From positions 82,640 through 146,639 of the forward strand of contig CAKTZA010000001.1 in assembly GCA_934635045.1 (NCBI GenBank): a DNA stretch of 64,000 nt, in the 5' to 3' direction. The first letter of the stretch is position 1. Every line of letters starts with the position of its first letter. Positions 1-10,654 of the stretch are shown one piece after another. A program made the translations under genes and the position numbers. The notes below the pieces were generated by a model, which saw only the letters and a program-made list of their open reading frames with translations, had not been told where the DNA came from and searched no databases. This stretch comes from an uncultured Kiritimatiellota bacterium (GTDB lineage Bacteria; Verrucomicrobiota; Kiritimatiellia; RFP12; UBA1067).

Positions 1-1
1 A

Positions 2-979
2 CGGCGCGCGCTTCTCCGCTTCGGCCTGCCGACCGTCCTGATCGAAGACCAGTCCGAGCCGGGGCAGGCCCCTTGCCGCGCGGGCGTCGCCACCATCGTC
101 TGCGACCACGTCGCCGAGGGGCGGACGGCTGCGGCGTACTTCCTCTCCCGCCGCTTCAGGAACTTCGCCTTCATCGGCACCGAGCGGAAGGCCCCGTGGT
201 GCGAGCTGCGCCGGCAGGGCTTTACGTCCGCCCTCCGCGAACGGGGCCTGGACTGCGCGGTCTTCGGCGGCAGGGCCGACCTCGGAGCCTGGCTGAAGGC
301 CCTGCCCAAGCCCTGCGCCGTCTTCGCCGTGCGCGACATGCGCGCGCGCGAAGTCCTCGATGCGGCGGACATGCGCGGAATCGCCGTGCCGCAGGAAATC
401 GCCGTCCTTGGCGTCGACGACGACGAAATCCTCTGCACGACCGCGCGTCCCCCCCTTTCCAGCATTCCAACCTTCGACCGTTCGCTCGGCTATGCGGCCG
501 GGCGTGCGCTGTACGCGCTGATGACCGGGCGCTCGGACGGCGGACTGATCCGCACCCGCCATGCGAACGTCGTCTCGCGGCAATCCACCGAGACGGACAT
601 CCTTGGCGACCCGTTCGTGACGAAAGCCCTCTCCTGGATTCGCGCGCATCTGGACGCGAAGATCAACGCCGACTCCCTTGCACAGGCCATCGGCTACTCC
701 GCGCCGGCCCTGAAGAGCCGGTTCGCGCGTGCGCTCGGGACGACGGTAGGCGAGCAGGTTCGCCGAATGCGTCTCCAAGGCGCACGAGACCTGTTGACCG
801 GAACCGCCCTTCCCGTCGAGGACATCGCCCTGCGGTGCGGCTATTCCTGCACCTCGCACCTTGCGCTTCGCCTGCGCCAGGCCGAAGGCATCACGCCGCT
901 TGCCTACCGCCGACGGCACGGCAACCTGCCCGTGCGCGAGAAACCGGGGGCCCGCCCCTGCCGGGAGCCGCGCGCCTAA
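2..979 (+). CDS. XylR-like regulator, 5'-partial (LacI-type sugar-binding-like domain fused to AraC-type HTH)
   Basis: Frame 2 is open from the window edge (..VATIVCDHVAEGRTAAAYFLSRRFRNFAFIG..AVFAVRDMRAREVL..). The C-terminus has the AraC HTH pattern (SLAQAIGYSAPALKSRFARALGTTVGEQVRRMRL..IALRCGYSCTSHLALRLRQAEGITPLAYRR). Confidence 0.8.
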   Translation, partial: RRALLRFGLPTVLIEDQSEPGQAPCRAGVATIVCDHVAEGRTAAAYFLSRRFRNFAFIGTERKAPWCELRRQGFTSALRERGLDCAVFGGRADLGAWLKALPKPCAVFAVRDMRAREVLDAADMRGIAVPQEIAVLGVDDDEILCTTARPPLSSIPTFDRSLGYAAGRALYALMTGRSDGGLIRTRHANVVSRQSTETDILGDPFVTKALSWIRAHLDAKINADSLAQAIGYSAPALKSRFARALGTTVGEQVRRMRLQGARDLLTGTALPVEDIALRCGYSCTSHLALRLRQAEGITPLAYRRRHGNLPVREKPGARPCREPRA

Positions 980-1290
980 AGCGCGGCGACGTTCATCTCC
1001 TTCAGCGTCGTGCGCCCGTCGTAGAGAGCCTTTCCGACGATGGCCGCGCACAGGTTCGGGCGCTCCAGCGCCTTCAGGTTCTCGACGTCGAACGGCGACG
1101 ACACGCCGCCCGAGGCCGTGATCCGGCACGTCGGCGCGGCGTCGCAGATGGACGCCATCTGCGTGAGGTTCGGGCCGCCCAGCATGCCGTCCGTCGCCGT
1201 GTCGGTGTAGATGACCGTCTTCACGCCGAGCCGCGCGACCGCCGCCGCGAGATCCGCCGCCTTCAGAGACCGTGTCCGACGGTTTTCCCG
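976..1290 (-). pseudogene. hisA: hisA C-terminal remnant (last ~100 codons only)
   Basis: VKTVIYTDTATDGMLGGPNL..ITASGGVSSPFDVENLKAL..AAIVGKALYDGRTTLKE matches the HisA C-terminal motifs (TDxxxDG, SGGVss, GKALYeG). The frame is closed by a stop at 1291-1293 and the next gene ends at 1331, so there is no room for the N-terminal ~140 aa. Confidence 0.7.
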
Positions 1291-1330
1291 TCAAAGACGT
1301 GAAGCCGTCCACATCACTTGTTCGGCATAG

Positions 1331-2056
1331 TCACGCCTCGCTTCCCGTAAGCTGACCTAATTTTGGAAATTCGTGTGCGGGCTGCGGCTTGACGACCGAG
1401 ACGAACGCGGCGACCGGCAGCGTCAGGCCTTCGCCCGGCGCCAGGAGGACCGTCTCGCCGGTCGACGGCACGTGGACGACGCGCTCCGCCGGCTCGGCGG
1501 GCAGGTCGCCGGCCGGGGCCTTGCGGAACGTGAAGTAGGGGCAGTCGACACGCTCGGTCGGCACGGGCGGCGGGAGCGACAGGTCCATCGCCGCCAGCGC
1601 TTCCTTGACGTGAAGCGGGCGCGGCTGGCCGTCCGCGCCGACGCGCCCCCAGTCGTAGAGGCGGAACGTCGTCGTGCTCGGCTGCTGCACCTCGTAGACG
1701 CTCGTGCCCTCGCCGATCGCGTGGACGAGCCCGCCCGGGATGAAGTAGCATTCGCCGACCTTCGCGTCATGGCGCACGAGGATGTCCTCGAACGAGCCGT
1801 CCTTCACGGCCCGCTCGACGTCCGCCGCCGCCGTCCCCGGCTTCACGCCCGCGAAGATCGGGCCCGCCTTCAGGACGCACCACATCTCCGTCTTCGGGTC
1901 GCCGCCGACGGTCTTCGCCGTGACGTCGTTCGGGTGCACCTGGACGCTCAGGCGGTCGTTCGCGACGATGCGCTTCACGAGGATGCGCGGCGTGTTGACC
2001 AGCCATTCCTCGTAGCCCCAAAGGGCCTTGTGAATCTCGCGCGTCGGGCAGGTCAT
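1331..2056 (-). CDS. class I mannose-6-phosphate isomerase-like cupin
   Basis: 241-aa ORF. It has LSVQVHPND and the YFIPGGLVHAIGEG..VYEVQQPSTTTFRLYDWGR pattern typical of type I PMI. Confidence 0.75.
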   Translation of the reverse strand: MTCPTREIHKALWGYEEWLVNTPRILVKRIVANDRLSVQVHPNDVTAKTVGGDPKTEMWCVLKAGPIFAGVKPGTAAADVERAVKDGSFEDILVRHDAKVGECYFIPGGLVHAIGEGTSVYEVQQPSTTTFRLYDWGRVGADGQPRPLHVKEALAAMDLSLPPPVPTERVDCPYFTFRKAPAGDLPAEPAERVVHVPSTGETVLLAPGEGLTLPVAAFVSVVKPQPAHEFPKLGQLTGSEA

Positions 2057-2063
2057 GGCGACC

Positions 2064-3989
<1,926 letters not shown>

Positions 3990-4092
3990 ATTCGATACCT
4001 TCTAAACGCCGGAAGCCTCCGGCGAGAGGGACGCGCGAGCCGCACGGGACTGGCGATCGACTGACCCAGGCCGCCCAGACGCCCCAACCTTC

Positions 4093-4131
4093 TGAACAAA
4101 ACGAAAACGGCGGCGAACGCGCCGCCGTTCC
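4093..4131 (-). terminator. rho-independent terminator after rpsI
   Basis: The minus strand reads ACGGCGGCG-cgtt-CGCCGCCGT followed by TTTCGTTTTGTT, just downstream of the rpsI stop at 4143. Confidence 0.75.
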
Positions 4132-4142
4132 GTTTTCCGCGA

Positions 4143-4544
4143 TTAGCGCTTCGAGAACTGGAAGCGCTTGCGAGCGCCGGGCTGACCGGGTTTCTTACGT
4201 TCCTTCATGCGGCTGTCGCGCGTCATGCAGCCGGCCTTCTTGAGCGCGGCACGCGTCGTCTCGTCGGCCGCGACAAGCGCGCGGGCGAGGCCGTGGCGGA
4301 TCGCGCCCGCCTGCCCCGAAATGCCGCCGCCCTTGGCGTAGCACACGACGTCGACCTTCTCCATGTCATAGCCGGAGATCGCGACGGGCTGCTTGAGATA
4401 GTCACGCAGGGCCTCGGACGGGATGTACTTCGCGAGATCCTCGCCGTTCACCATCCAGTTGCCCGAACCCTCGACGAGATTCACGCGGGCGGTCGCGGTC
4501 TTGCGACGGCCGGTTCCGGCGGAAATTGCCTTCTTGGTAGCCAT
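4143..4544 (-). CDS. rpsI: 30S ribosomal protein S9
   Basis: MATKKAISAGTGRRKTATARV..GGGISGQAGAIRHGLARAL..ARKRFQFSKR. The internal ATG at 4544 was chosen rather than the ORF-track start at 4577. Confidence 0.93.
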   Translation of the reverse strand: MATKKAISAGTGRRKTATARVNLVEGSGNWMVNGEDLAKYIPSEALRDYLKQPVAISGYDMEKVDVVCYAKGGGISGQAGAIRHGLARALVAADETTRAALKKAGCMTRDSRMKERKKPGQPGARKRFQFSKR

Positions 4545-4560
4545 TGTAAAGATTCCCCCC

Positions 4561-4992
4561 TTAGAGCTTGATTTCAACCGGCTTCTGCGCGGCGTGGTCG
4601 TGTTCGGCGCCCGCGAAGACCTTCACGCGCGTCATCATCTTGCGCGCGATGTTGTTCTTCGGGAGCATGCCCCAGACGGCTTCCTTGATCATGCGGTCGG
4701 GATGCTTCGCGCGCATCTCGGCGGCCGTGAAGCACTTCAGGCCGTTCCGGTAGCCGGAGTAGCGCTGATATTCCTTCTGCTCTTCCTTCTTGCCCGTGAG
4801 CTTGACGAGCGCGGCATTCGTCACGATGACGAACGCGCCCGCATCGACGGAAGGATCGAACGTCGGCAGATCCTTCGCACGGAGCTTGTTGGCGATGACG
4901 ACGGCGAGGCGGCCAAGCGGCTGGCCCTTCGCGTCGATGAGGAACCACGCGCGGTTGTCGCCCGGGTTCGGAGCACGATAGCTCTTCTGCAT
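4561..4992 (-). CDS. rplM: 50S ribosomal protein L13
   Basis: 143 aa with WFLIDAKGQPLGRLAVVIANKLRAK..VIVTNA..KEYQRYSGYRNGLK..MLPKN. Confidence 0.95.
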   Translation of the reverse strand: MQKSYRAPNPGDNRAWFLIDAKGQPLGRLAVVIANKLRAKDLPTFDPSVDAGAFVIVTNAALVKLTGKKEEQKEYQRYSGYRNGLKCFTAAEMRAKHPDRMIKEAVWGMLPKNNIARKMMTRVKVFAGAEHDHAAQKPVEIKL

Positions 4993-5097
4993 CTTTACTT
5001 TTCTCTTTCTTTTGTGCGGATTTGTGCCCTTTATCCAGGGTTTTGCCCGCCGTTTACCTGTCGCCGCCGGTTAGCCCCCGACGACGAATGAGCGCGT

Positions 5098-5106
5098 ATT
5101 ATAGCA
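5098..5106 (-). promoter_or_regulatory. extended -10 (TGCTATAAT) upstream of rplM-rpsI
   Basis: Plus-strand attatagca is the reverse complement of TGCTATAAT. It lies ~105 nt upstream of the rplM ATG, implying a long leader. Confidence 0.55.
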
Positions 5107-5175
5107 AAAACCGTCGCTTTGTGGCAAGTGGGGCACTCGCGCGGCAAAATCGCGCGCAATACCCCCGGAGAGAAG

Positions 5176-5260
5176 TGCCGGAGACGGGACTCGAACCCGT
5201 ACGTCAAATACTTGACAAGGGATTTTAAGTCCCTGGTGTCTGCCATTCCACCACTCCGGC
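5176..5260 (-). tRNA. tRNA-Leu (anticodon UAA)
   Basis: The 85-nt reverse complement folds by hand into a cloverleaf. Acceptor GCCGGAG/CTCCGGC+A; anticodon stem AGGGA/TCCCT with loop CTTAAAA; long variable arm GTCAA/TTGAC; T arm ACGGG-TTCGAGT-CCCGT. No encoded CCA. Confidence 0.9.
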
Positions 5261-5274
5261 GCAAGGTGAGCCAT

Positions 5275-5283
5275 ATTATAGCA
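5275..5283 (-). promoter_or_regulatory. extended -10 (TGCTATAAT) for tRNA-Leu
   Basis: Reverse complement of attatagca. The -10 ends 14 nt upstream of the mature tRNA 5' end at 5260. Confidence 0.6.
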
Positions 5284-5349
5284 AATTTGCGCCGCGCCTT
5301 CTCCCCCCGACCCATTGCGCCGCGCATCCGAGCGAGAAGGCGAACCGCC

Positions 5350-5379
5350 TTGCCAGCGCGCCGCGAAAGATGATATAAT
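5350..5379 (+). promoter_or_regulatory. sigma70-type promoter (TTGCCA-18-TGATATAAT)
   Basis: ttgcca at 5350-5355 and tgatataat at 5371-5379, upstream of the ATPase gene. Confidence 0.55.
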
Positions 5380-5456
5380 CCCCCTTGTTCGGAAATGCGC
5401 AGTTCCGAACGGGCCAGTTCCGAACTCAACCCACCCCCAAGGCGCATGCAAACGAA

Positions 5457-6776
5457 ATGAAATTCTTTGACCGAGAAAACGAAATCGCAAAGCTGCGGGA
5501 CATCCGCGCACGGTCGCGCGAATCCGCGACGCTGACGGTGATGACCGGGCGGCGGCGCGTCGGCAAGACCGAGCTCATCAAGCGGGCGTTTGCGGACGAG
5601 CCGTTCGTCTACCTGTTCGTCACGCGCTCGGCGGAGGCCGACCTCTGCGACGGATTCAAGAGCCGCATCGAGGCTTTCTCCGGGCGGACAATTCCCGGCC
5701 GCGTCACGAAGTTCCGCGACCTGTTCAGCCATCTGCTCGAACTCGCGCGCGAACGTCCGCTGACGGTCGTCATCGACGAGTTCCAGGACATTTTCCGCGT
5801 CAACCCGGCAATCTTCAGCGAAATGCAGCGCGAATGGGACGAACTGTCGTCGCATGCGCAGATCAACCTCGTCGTGACGGGCAGCGTCAACACGCTGATG
5901 AACAAGATCTTCAAGGAACGGAAGGAACCACTCTACGGACGCGACACCGACCGCCTGACGGTGCGCCCTTTCGGCGTGTCAGTGCTGAAGGAGATTCTCG
6001 ACTTCTACCATCCCCGGCATACGGCGGATGACCTGCTCGCGCTCTGGACGTTCACGGGCGGCGTCGCCAAGTACGTCTCGCTCCTGATGAACCGCAAGGC
6101 CTTTTCGCGGCGCAAGATGATCGACGTCCTGATCGAGGAGGATTCGTATTTCCTCGACGAGGGATGGGCTGTGCTGGTCGAGGAATTCGGAAAGGACTAC
6201 GGCACGTACTTCTCGATCCTCTCGGCCATCGCGCGCGGCAAGACGTCACGCGCGGAAATCATGAACGAAATCGCCGGAGACGTCGGCGGCTACCTGACGC
6301 GGCTCGAAGACCAGTACGGCCTCATCGCCAAGAACCAGCCGATCTTCGAGCCGACGGCCAACAAGAACTGCCGATACAGGCTGAACGACAACTTCTTCCG
6401 CTTCTGGTTCCGGTTCGTCTTCAAGTACCAGTATCTCGTCCAGGTGCGGATGTTCGACGAGTTGCGCGAACTCGTCGCGCGCGACTACGAGGTGTTTTCC
6501 GGGCTGGCGCTGGAGGGCTTCTTCCGCTCGCGCTTCGCCGAACGGCACGCCTATTCGCGGATGGGCGGCTGGTGGGATCGAAGAGGCGAGAACGAGATCG
6601 ACCTCGTCTGCGAAAACGAGTTCAAGGGAACGCTCGACTTCTACGAGGTCAAGCGCGACGCGAAACGCTTCGACCGCCGCGCGCTTGAAGCAAAGGTCGA
6701 CGCATTCTTTCACAAGAACCCCGAGAAGCGCAACCGCATCCTCTCGCTCGCCGGGCTGTCGCTGGCGGACATCTGA
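5457..6776 (+). CDS. AAA+ ATPase of the archaeal-ATPase/DUF234 type
   Basis: MKFFDRENEIAKLRDI..; Walker A (MTGRRRVGKTELI); Walker B (LTVVIDEFQDI); C-terminal ..GGWWDRRGENEIDLV..LDFYEVK typical of the DUF234 tail. Start moved to the ATG at 5457 (track gives a TTG at 5385). Confidence 0.8.
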   Translation: MKFFDRENEIAKLRDIRARSRESATLTVMTGRRRVGKTELIKRAFADEPFVYLFVTRSAEADLCDGFKSRIEAFSGRTIPGRVTKFRDLFSHLLELARERPLTVVIDEFQDIFRVNPAIFSEMQREWDELSSHAQINLVVTGSVNTLMNKIFKERKEPLYGRDTDRLTVRPFGVSVLKEILDFYHPRHTADDLLALWTFTGGVAKYVSLLMNRKAFSRRKMIDVLIEEDSYFLDEGWAVLVEEFGKDYGTYFSILSAIARGKTSRAEIMNEIAGDVGGYLTRLEDQYGLIAKNQPIFEPTANKNCRYRLNDNFFRFWFRFVFKYQYLVQVRMFDELRELVARDYEVFSGLALEGFFRSRFAERHAYSRMGGWWDRRGENEIDLVCENEFKGTLDFYEVKRDAKRFDRRALEAKVDAFFHKNPEKRNRILSLAGLSLADI

Positions 6777-6877
6777 CAAAAAGATGCATTTTTATTCATC
6801 GCGAACTCAGAAAATGATGCACTTTCTTTGCCTTGAATTATTCGAAATGATGCTATTTGACCAAATTATGATGAATA

Positions 6878-6886
6878 TGGTATAAT
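6878..6886 (+). promoter_or_regulatory. extended -10 (TGGTATAAT)
   Basis: tggtataat lies 25 nt upstream of the ATG at 6911. GGAGG is at 6901-6905. Confidence 0.5.
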
Positions 6887-6910
6887 TCAGTCCGTTAGCG
6901 GAGGGTGGCA

Positions 6911-7231
6911 ATGACACTTAAGCGAAAGTTCTATGATTTCCTTGTTTCATGGAAAAAGACCAAGCGACAGGAATGCCTTTTGGTCAATGGCGCGCGGCAG
7001 GTCGGCAAGACGTTCGTCATCGAGCAGTTTGGGCGCGAGCAGTACGAGAGCTTCATCGAGATCAACTTTGCCTTGGAGCCTGAGTTCATTCCCGTCTTTG
7101 ACGGCAGCTTGACCGTTCGGGCCATCTGCGAGGGCATTACGGCGTTGCGCGGCGACGTGAAATTCGTTCCCGGCAAGACGCTGCTGTTTCTGGACGAGAT
7201 TCAGAACCGCAACAAGCCAGCCGCACCATGA
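6911..7231 (+). pseudogene. N-terminal fragment (~106 aa) of an AAA_14/DUF4143-type ATPase
   Basis: Walker A (VNGARQVGKTFVI) and Walker B (LLFLDEIQN), then a premature stop. Family members are normally ~400 aa. The region has visibly lower GC. Confidence 0.65.
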
Positions 7232-7258
7232 TTGTGACTGAATGTCCATGCTCATTTT

Positions 7259-7267
7259 TGCTATAAT
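7259..7267 (+). promoter_or_regulatory. extended -10 (TGCTATAAT), leaderless configuration
   Basis: tgctataat ends 6 nt before the ATG at 7274. Confidence 0.55.
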
Positions 7268-7273
7268 GGCCGC

Positions 7274-7891
7274 ATGAGAAACACAGCCCTTGTCCTTATC
7301 CTCGCGCTCCTGTCTGCGATGTGCGCATCGAATGGTGCAGTCAACTACGTGCCGTGGAAGGATCCCCTTTATCACAATGGCGTCCTAAAGGAATACTTTC
7401 CGAGTCATGCACTGCCGCAACCCTATTTCTGCTTTCTGTCCGTCAGGGAATATCGCGCCCCCAAGACGAAGCGCCTCTTCAAGATCTCAATGCGCTATCA
7501 GGATTATGACAGGTTGAAAGGCTCAAAGGGATACGTCAAAGACCCGCGCCACGCACTTGAGACAGGGCGAGCCATCGTGAAGGATCTCGGCAGACGGCTT
7601 GGCGTTCCCCTACAGGAGATTAGGCTCTTTCGCCAGATTTGGCCGTACCATCCGGGCGTGAAGATGTCGACCTGCTGGAGTGGGGCAATTCCTGAGAACT
7701 ATGTCTGCACGGAGGAGGAATGGCTCAGGTCACGACATGGGTTCGCGCACTCGCGGACGTGGTCAGGGGATTATTTCATCCACGTCTCGATCGAGAAGAT
7801 CTACTATGACGAGTACACCTTCAGCGTGACTGTTGAAGACGCGAAAGAATTGGCAAACGCCCAGAGGGAGTTTGAAGAGGCGGCATCTTGA
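7274..7891 (+). CDS. hypothetical lipoprotein
   Basis: Signal peptide with lipobox (MRNTALVLILALLSAMC). The 205-aa ORF lies in a lower-GC patch. No recognisable domain. Confidence 0.6.
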   Translation: MRNTALVLILALLSAMCASNGAVNYVPWKDPLYHNGVLKEYFPSHALPQPYFCFLSVREYRAPKTKRLFKISMRYQDYDRLKGSKGYVKDPRHALETGRAIVKDLGRRLGVPLQEIRLFRQIWPYHPGVKMSTCWSGAIPENYVCTEEEWLRSRHGFAHSRTWSGDYFIHVSIEKIYYDEYTFSVTVEDAKELANAQREFEEAAS

Positions 7892-7892
7892 G

Positions 7893-8039
7893 GCGGGGCC
7901 AGGCGCGCACGTCGAGGAAGAGCTTTTCCCCGGCGTCCACAGCGACGTCGGCGGTCTCTACGAGGACGACCACGCGCTCGCGGACGCGGCACGCGCGTGG
8001 GTCGCCGCGCCGACGGTCGAACGCGGCCTCCGCGCTTCG
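7893..8039 (+). pseudogene. C-terminal remnant of a DUF2235 (Tle1-like alpha/beta hydrolase) gene
   Basis: EELFPGVHSDVGGLYEDDHALADAARAWVAAPTVERGL matches the DUF2235 C-terminal hallmark (W)F(P/A)GVHSDVGGGY. Only ~48 codons remain. GC rises abruptly at ~7892. Confidence 0.5.
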
Positions 8040-8045
8040 CAGCCT

Positions 8046-9053
8046 TCACAGCCGTTCGACTGCCGAATCGACGACGGTGCGACTCTCCTTCGAGAACGCA
8101 AAGCCGCCCGCGATCCACGCGCGCAGGTCGGCGAGGGGACGCATGCCATCCGTCGCGCCGCACGCCGAGAGCGCGCCGACCGCCGCCGTTGCGCCGCACG
8201 TCAGGATCTCGGCTTCGGACAGGCCCCGGTAGATGCCGACAAGCGCGCCGGCGCAATAGGCGTCGCCCGCGCCGGTCTTGCCCTTGATGAAGCCGCAGGG
8301 CAGGTCGCAGGACGGCGCTTCGGTCCACGTGCCGTCCCGCCGAAGGGAAACGCCCTTCGCGGGCAGATGGATGATGACGCGCCTCTGCACGCCAAGGTCC
8401 AGCAGCGCGCGCGCGACCGTCTTCAGGTCCGCCGTCGCCGGAAGCCCCGCGATGCGCGCGGCCTCCGTCTCGTTGACGATGAGGTGATCGACAAACGGCA
8501 GCACGTCGCGCACGAGCCCATAGCGGTCGGAATTCTCGCTCACGAGGTCGATCGCCGTCTCGGCGCCGCGCGCCTTCAGCTCCTTCAGGATGCGCCGCCC
8601 GTCGCCCGCGTCGACCTTCGCGAGCAGGAGGAAATAGCCGAGGAGCACGATGTCGCCCGCATTCACGCGGCCGAAGGGGAAGTCGTCATAGCCCCAGTCC
8701 GCGCTCGCGCCCGGATAGGTGAAGAACGTGCGCTCGCACGAGGCGGCGGCAACGCTCATCACGTCCGTAAACGACGTCGCGCCGCGCTTGACGACGACGC
8801 CCGCCGTGTCGAGGCCGCGCCGCGCCAGCTCGGACACGGCGAAGCGGCCAAGGTCGTCATCCCCGACCGCGCCGAACGCGCAGACGGGGATGTCGGGATC
8901 GAGGATGTGGATGTCGCAGCCGGTGTTCGGCACAAGCCCGCCCGGAACCTGGGCGAACGAGCGGATCTGCGTCAGTTCGCCCGCTTTCGGATAGGCGTCG
9001 ATCTCGTTGATCTTGTCGACGAGAATCGACCCGGCTGCGACGATCTTGCGCAT
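8046..9053 (-). CDS. PfkB-family carbohydrate kinase
   Basis: 335 aa. N-terminal GSILVD..GG pattern and C-terminal GAGDAYCAGALVG (PfkB signature 2). Confidence 0.85.
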   Translation of the reverse strand: MRKIVAAGSILVDKINEIDAYPKAGELTQIRSFAQVPGGLVPNTGCDIHILDPDIPVCAFGAVGDDDLGRFAVSELARRGLDTAGVVVKRGATSFTDVMSVAAASCERTFFTYPGASADWGYDDFPFGRVNAGDIVLLGYFLLLAKVDAGDGRRILKELKARGAETAIDLVSENSDRYGLVRDVLPFVDHLIVNETEAARIAGLPATADLKTVARALLDLGVQRRVIIHLPAKGVSLRRDGTWTEAPSCDLPCGFIKGKTGAGDAYCAGALVGIYRGLSEAEILTCGATAAVGALSACGATDGMRPLADLRAWIAGGFAFSKESRTVVDSAVERL

Positions 9054-9056
9054 CGC

Positions 9057-10001
9057 TCAGTTCGCCTCCGCCACCAGCGGGCCCGCGAGCTCCTTGAGGA
9101 AGAACAGGCGACCGGGGATGGTCGGGATGTAGGACGAGGTGATCCAACGCGTCGGCCCGTAGCGGAGCGTCATCCAGAGGGACATGCCCTGCCACTGCAT
9201 GCCGCGGCCGAAGATGCCGTCCGCGCCGCCGATCGCGTAGTCCGCCTGGAACATGAGGCCGGGGCCCATCGTGTTCGCACGGCACGGCACGAGCGTCGTG
9301 CGCGACTTGAACGAGGTCTGCGCGTTCTGCTCGACCGTGAGCGGATGCAGCTGCACCGCGATGCGGTAGGGCTGCTTCAGCCATTCCGCGTCGGTCTTGA
9401 ACTCGGCGCCGATCGTCGGCTCCCAGAACGCGATGTGGCACATGCGGCCGATGCCGTAGACGAGGACGAGCTTCGCGCCCTCCTTCTTCAGCGCGGCGAG
9501 CTTCTTCGGATAGGTCGGCAGGTTCTTCTTCGTCGCGAAGTTGCGGTGGTCGACGGGAACCGTCAGCTTGCCGAGCGGGTTGTAGAACGCCTGCTCCATC
9601 GCGTACTGGAAGCTCGCGTCGCCGACGAGCGTGTTGCCCTTCGCGTCCGCCCACTCGTCCATGTTGAAGCACCAGACGTGCTCGCAGGAGACGTTCCACT
9701 CCTTCAGGAAGTAGACCGCCCACTTGTACATGCCCATCGGGCCGACCGGCAGGATGAACGCGATCTTCTCGCCCGCGTCCTTCGCCTTCTTGATCTCGGC
9801 GGCGATCTCGTGGCCCATCTTGACCTCGAACTCGACGAGGTCGTTGCACGGCACCGGCTCGAACTTCTTGTTCCAGAACTTCTGCGGCTTGCAGACGTCT
9901 TCCGGCTTGTTCGCGCAGCACTTGTCGATCTTCTTCATGTCCCACCCGGCGGGATAGAAGCCCTCCAAGAGGGAACCTTTCACGGTCGAAGCAAAATCCA
10001 T
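9057..10001 (-). CDS. glucosamine-6-phosphate deaminase/isomerase-like (NagB/SugarP_isomerase family) protein
   Basis: [31 protein letters not shown] resembles the NagB G-x-TP..F.lDEY core. The ATG at 10001 is preceded by AAAGGA (track start at 10148 looks spurious). Confidence 0.65.
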   Translation of the reverse strand: MDFASTVKGSLLEGFYPAGWDMKKIDKCCANKPEDVCKPQKFWNKKFEPVPCNDLVEFEVKMGHEIAAEIKKAKDAGEKIAFILPVGPMGMYKWAVYFLKEWNVSCEHVWCFNMDEWADAKGNTLVGDASFQYAMEQAFYNPLGKLTVPVDHRNFATKKNLPTYPKKLAALKKEGAKLVLVYGIGRMCHIAFWEPTIGAEFKTDAEWLKQPYRIAVQLHPLTVEQNAQTSFKSRTTLVPCRANTMGPGLMFQADYAIGGADGIFGRGMQWQGMSLWMTLRYGPTRWITSSYIPTIPGRLFFLKELAGPLVAEAN

Positions 10002-10037
10002 GACGGATTGTCCTTTCTTTAGTTTTTGATGACGTGA

Positions 10038-10046
10038 ATTATAGCA
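10038..10046 (-). promoter_or_regulatory. extended -10 (TGCTATAAT)
   Basis: Reverse complement of attatagca, ~37 nt upstream of the ATG at 10001. Confidence 0.55.
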
Positions 10047-10051
10047 AAACC

Positions 10052-10654
10052 TCACCAGAATTGCCATTGCCCCGTGCGCAGCACCCACAGGCCAAGGACG
10101 AGATTCGTCGTCGCGTGCGCGACAATCGCCGCGCCGAGACCGCGCCACAGGTAGAGTCCGCCGTAGATTGCGCCGGCCAGCGCCCCGACGAGCCAGCGGT
10201 CATGCTCGACGGCGAAAAGCGCGACCATCCAGCCGAAGCCCGCAAAGCCGATCAGCCACCGGCGGAAGAACAGCTCCTCGGCGACGGAGATGACGAACGC
10301 ACTCCCGACGAGCCGCACGACAATCAGCGCCGCGCTCGCCTCCGCCACGGCCGACGTGCCGCCCTGTCCGACGATGCACCACGTGCGGTACCACGGCCAG
10401 TCAACCTGCTCTGGCAGAATCCACAGGCCGAAGACGAACAGCCCGACCAACAGCCCCCACGCGAACGCCGCGCAAGACAGGCGGGCAGGGCTGGTGCCCT
10501 CGTCCCGCCACTTCCAGACGACAACCGCCGCGAGCAGAAGCGCGACGACCGCCGTGCGCACCGCATAGCCCGTCGCCGTCGCCGGCAGCACGGCCATCAG
10601 CACCATCCACGCCGCGTAGGGCGCAATCAGCCGGACGGCCTCGCGGTTCACCAC
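10052..10654 (-). CDS. CPBP (CAAX) family intramembrane metalloprotease
   Basis: Multi-TM protein with [12 protein letters not shown] (EExxxR), FAVEH and [10 protein letters not shown] motifs. The start is uncertain: GTG at 10654 chosen to avoid a 66-nt overlap with ung; the track gives GTG at 10714. Confidence 0.7.
   Translation of the reverse strand: MVNREAVRLIAPYAAWMVLMAVLPATATGYAVRTAVVALLLAAVVVWKWRDEGTSPARLSCAAFAWGLLVGLFVFGLWILPEQVDWPWYRTWCIVGQGGTSAVAEASAALIVVRLVGSAFVISVAEELFFRRWLIGFAGFGWMVALFAVEHDRWLVGALAGAIYGGLYLWRGLGAAIVAHATTNLVLGLWVLRTGQWQFW

Noticed and set aside
73-1302. Long ORFs such as 73-1302(+), 2055-4064(+), 7833-10022(+), 20468-21841(+), 28778-30739(+), 43377-44993(+), 47131-50445(+) and 52089-54185(+)
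   Set aside because: They run antisense to, or out of frame with, genes that have clear conserved motifs. Their translations are Arg/Ala/Pro/Gly-rich low-complexity strings typical of stop-poor frames in high-GC DNA. Only a small part of 7833-10022 (the DUF2235 remnant) and the 3' two-thirds of 36702-39167 look real.
4993-5097. The ~100-nt rplM leader as an L13-type autoregulatory RNA structure
   Set aside because: I could not identify a convincing conserved fold by eye. Only the unusually long UTR relative to neighbouring genes supports the idea.
5385-5456. TTG at 5385 as a leaderless start of the DUF234 ATPase (6 nt after the -10 box)
   Set aside because: Leaderless initiation normally needs AUG, the extra 24 residues are not family-like, and MKFFDRENEI.. 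at 5457 is the typical N-terminus. The absence of an SD before 5457 remains unexplained.
6781-6877. Direct repeats AATGATGC(A/T) (6782, 6814, 6847, 6869) as operator sites upstream of the truncated AAA_14 gene
   Set aside because: The repeats are short and degenerate with irregular spacing (32/33/22 bp) in an AT-rich spacer. They cannot be distinguished from chance.
7274-8039. Lipoprotein 7274-7891 as an orphan immunity protein (Tli-like) for the adjacent Tle1-like DUF2235 effector
   Set aside because: Only the C-terminal end of DUF2235 remains, and it lies downstream of the lipoprotein across a GC discontinuity. The two are therefore more likely juxtaposed by insertion than a cognate pair. 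No T6SS genes are nearby.
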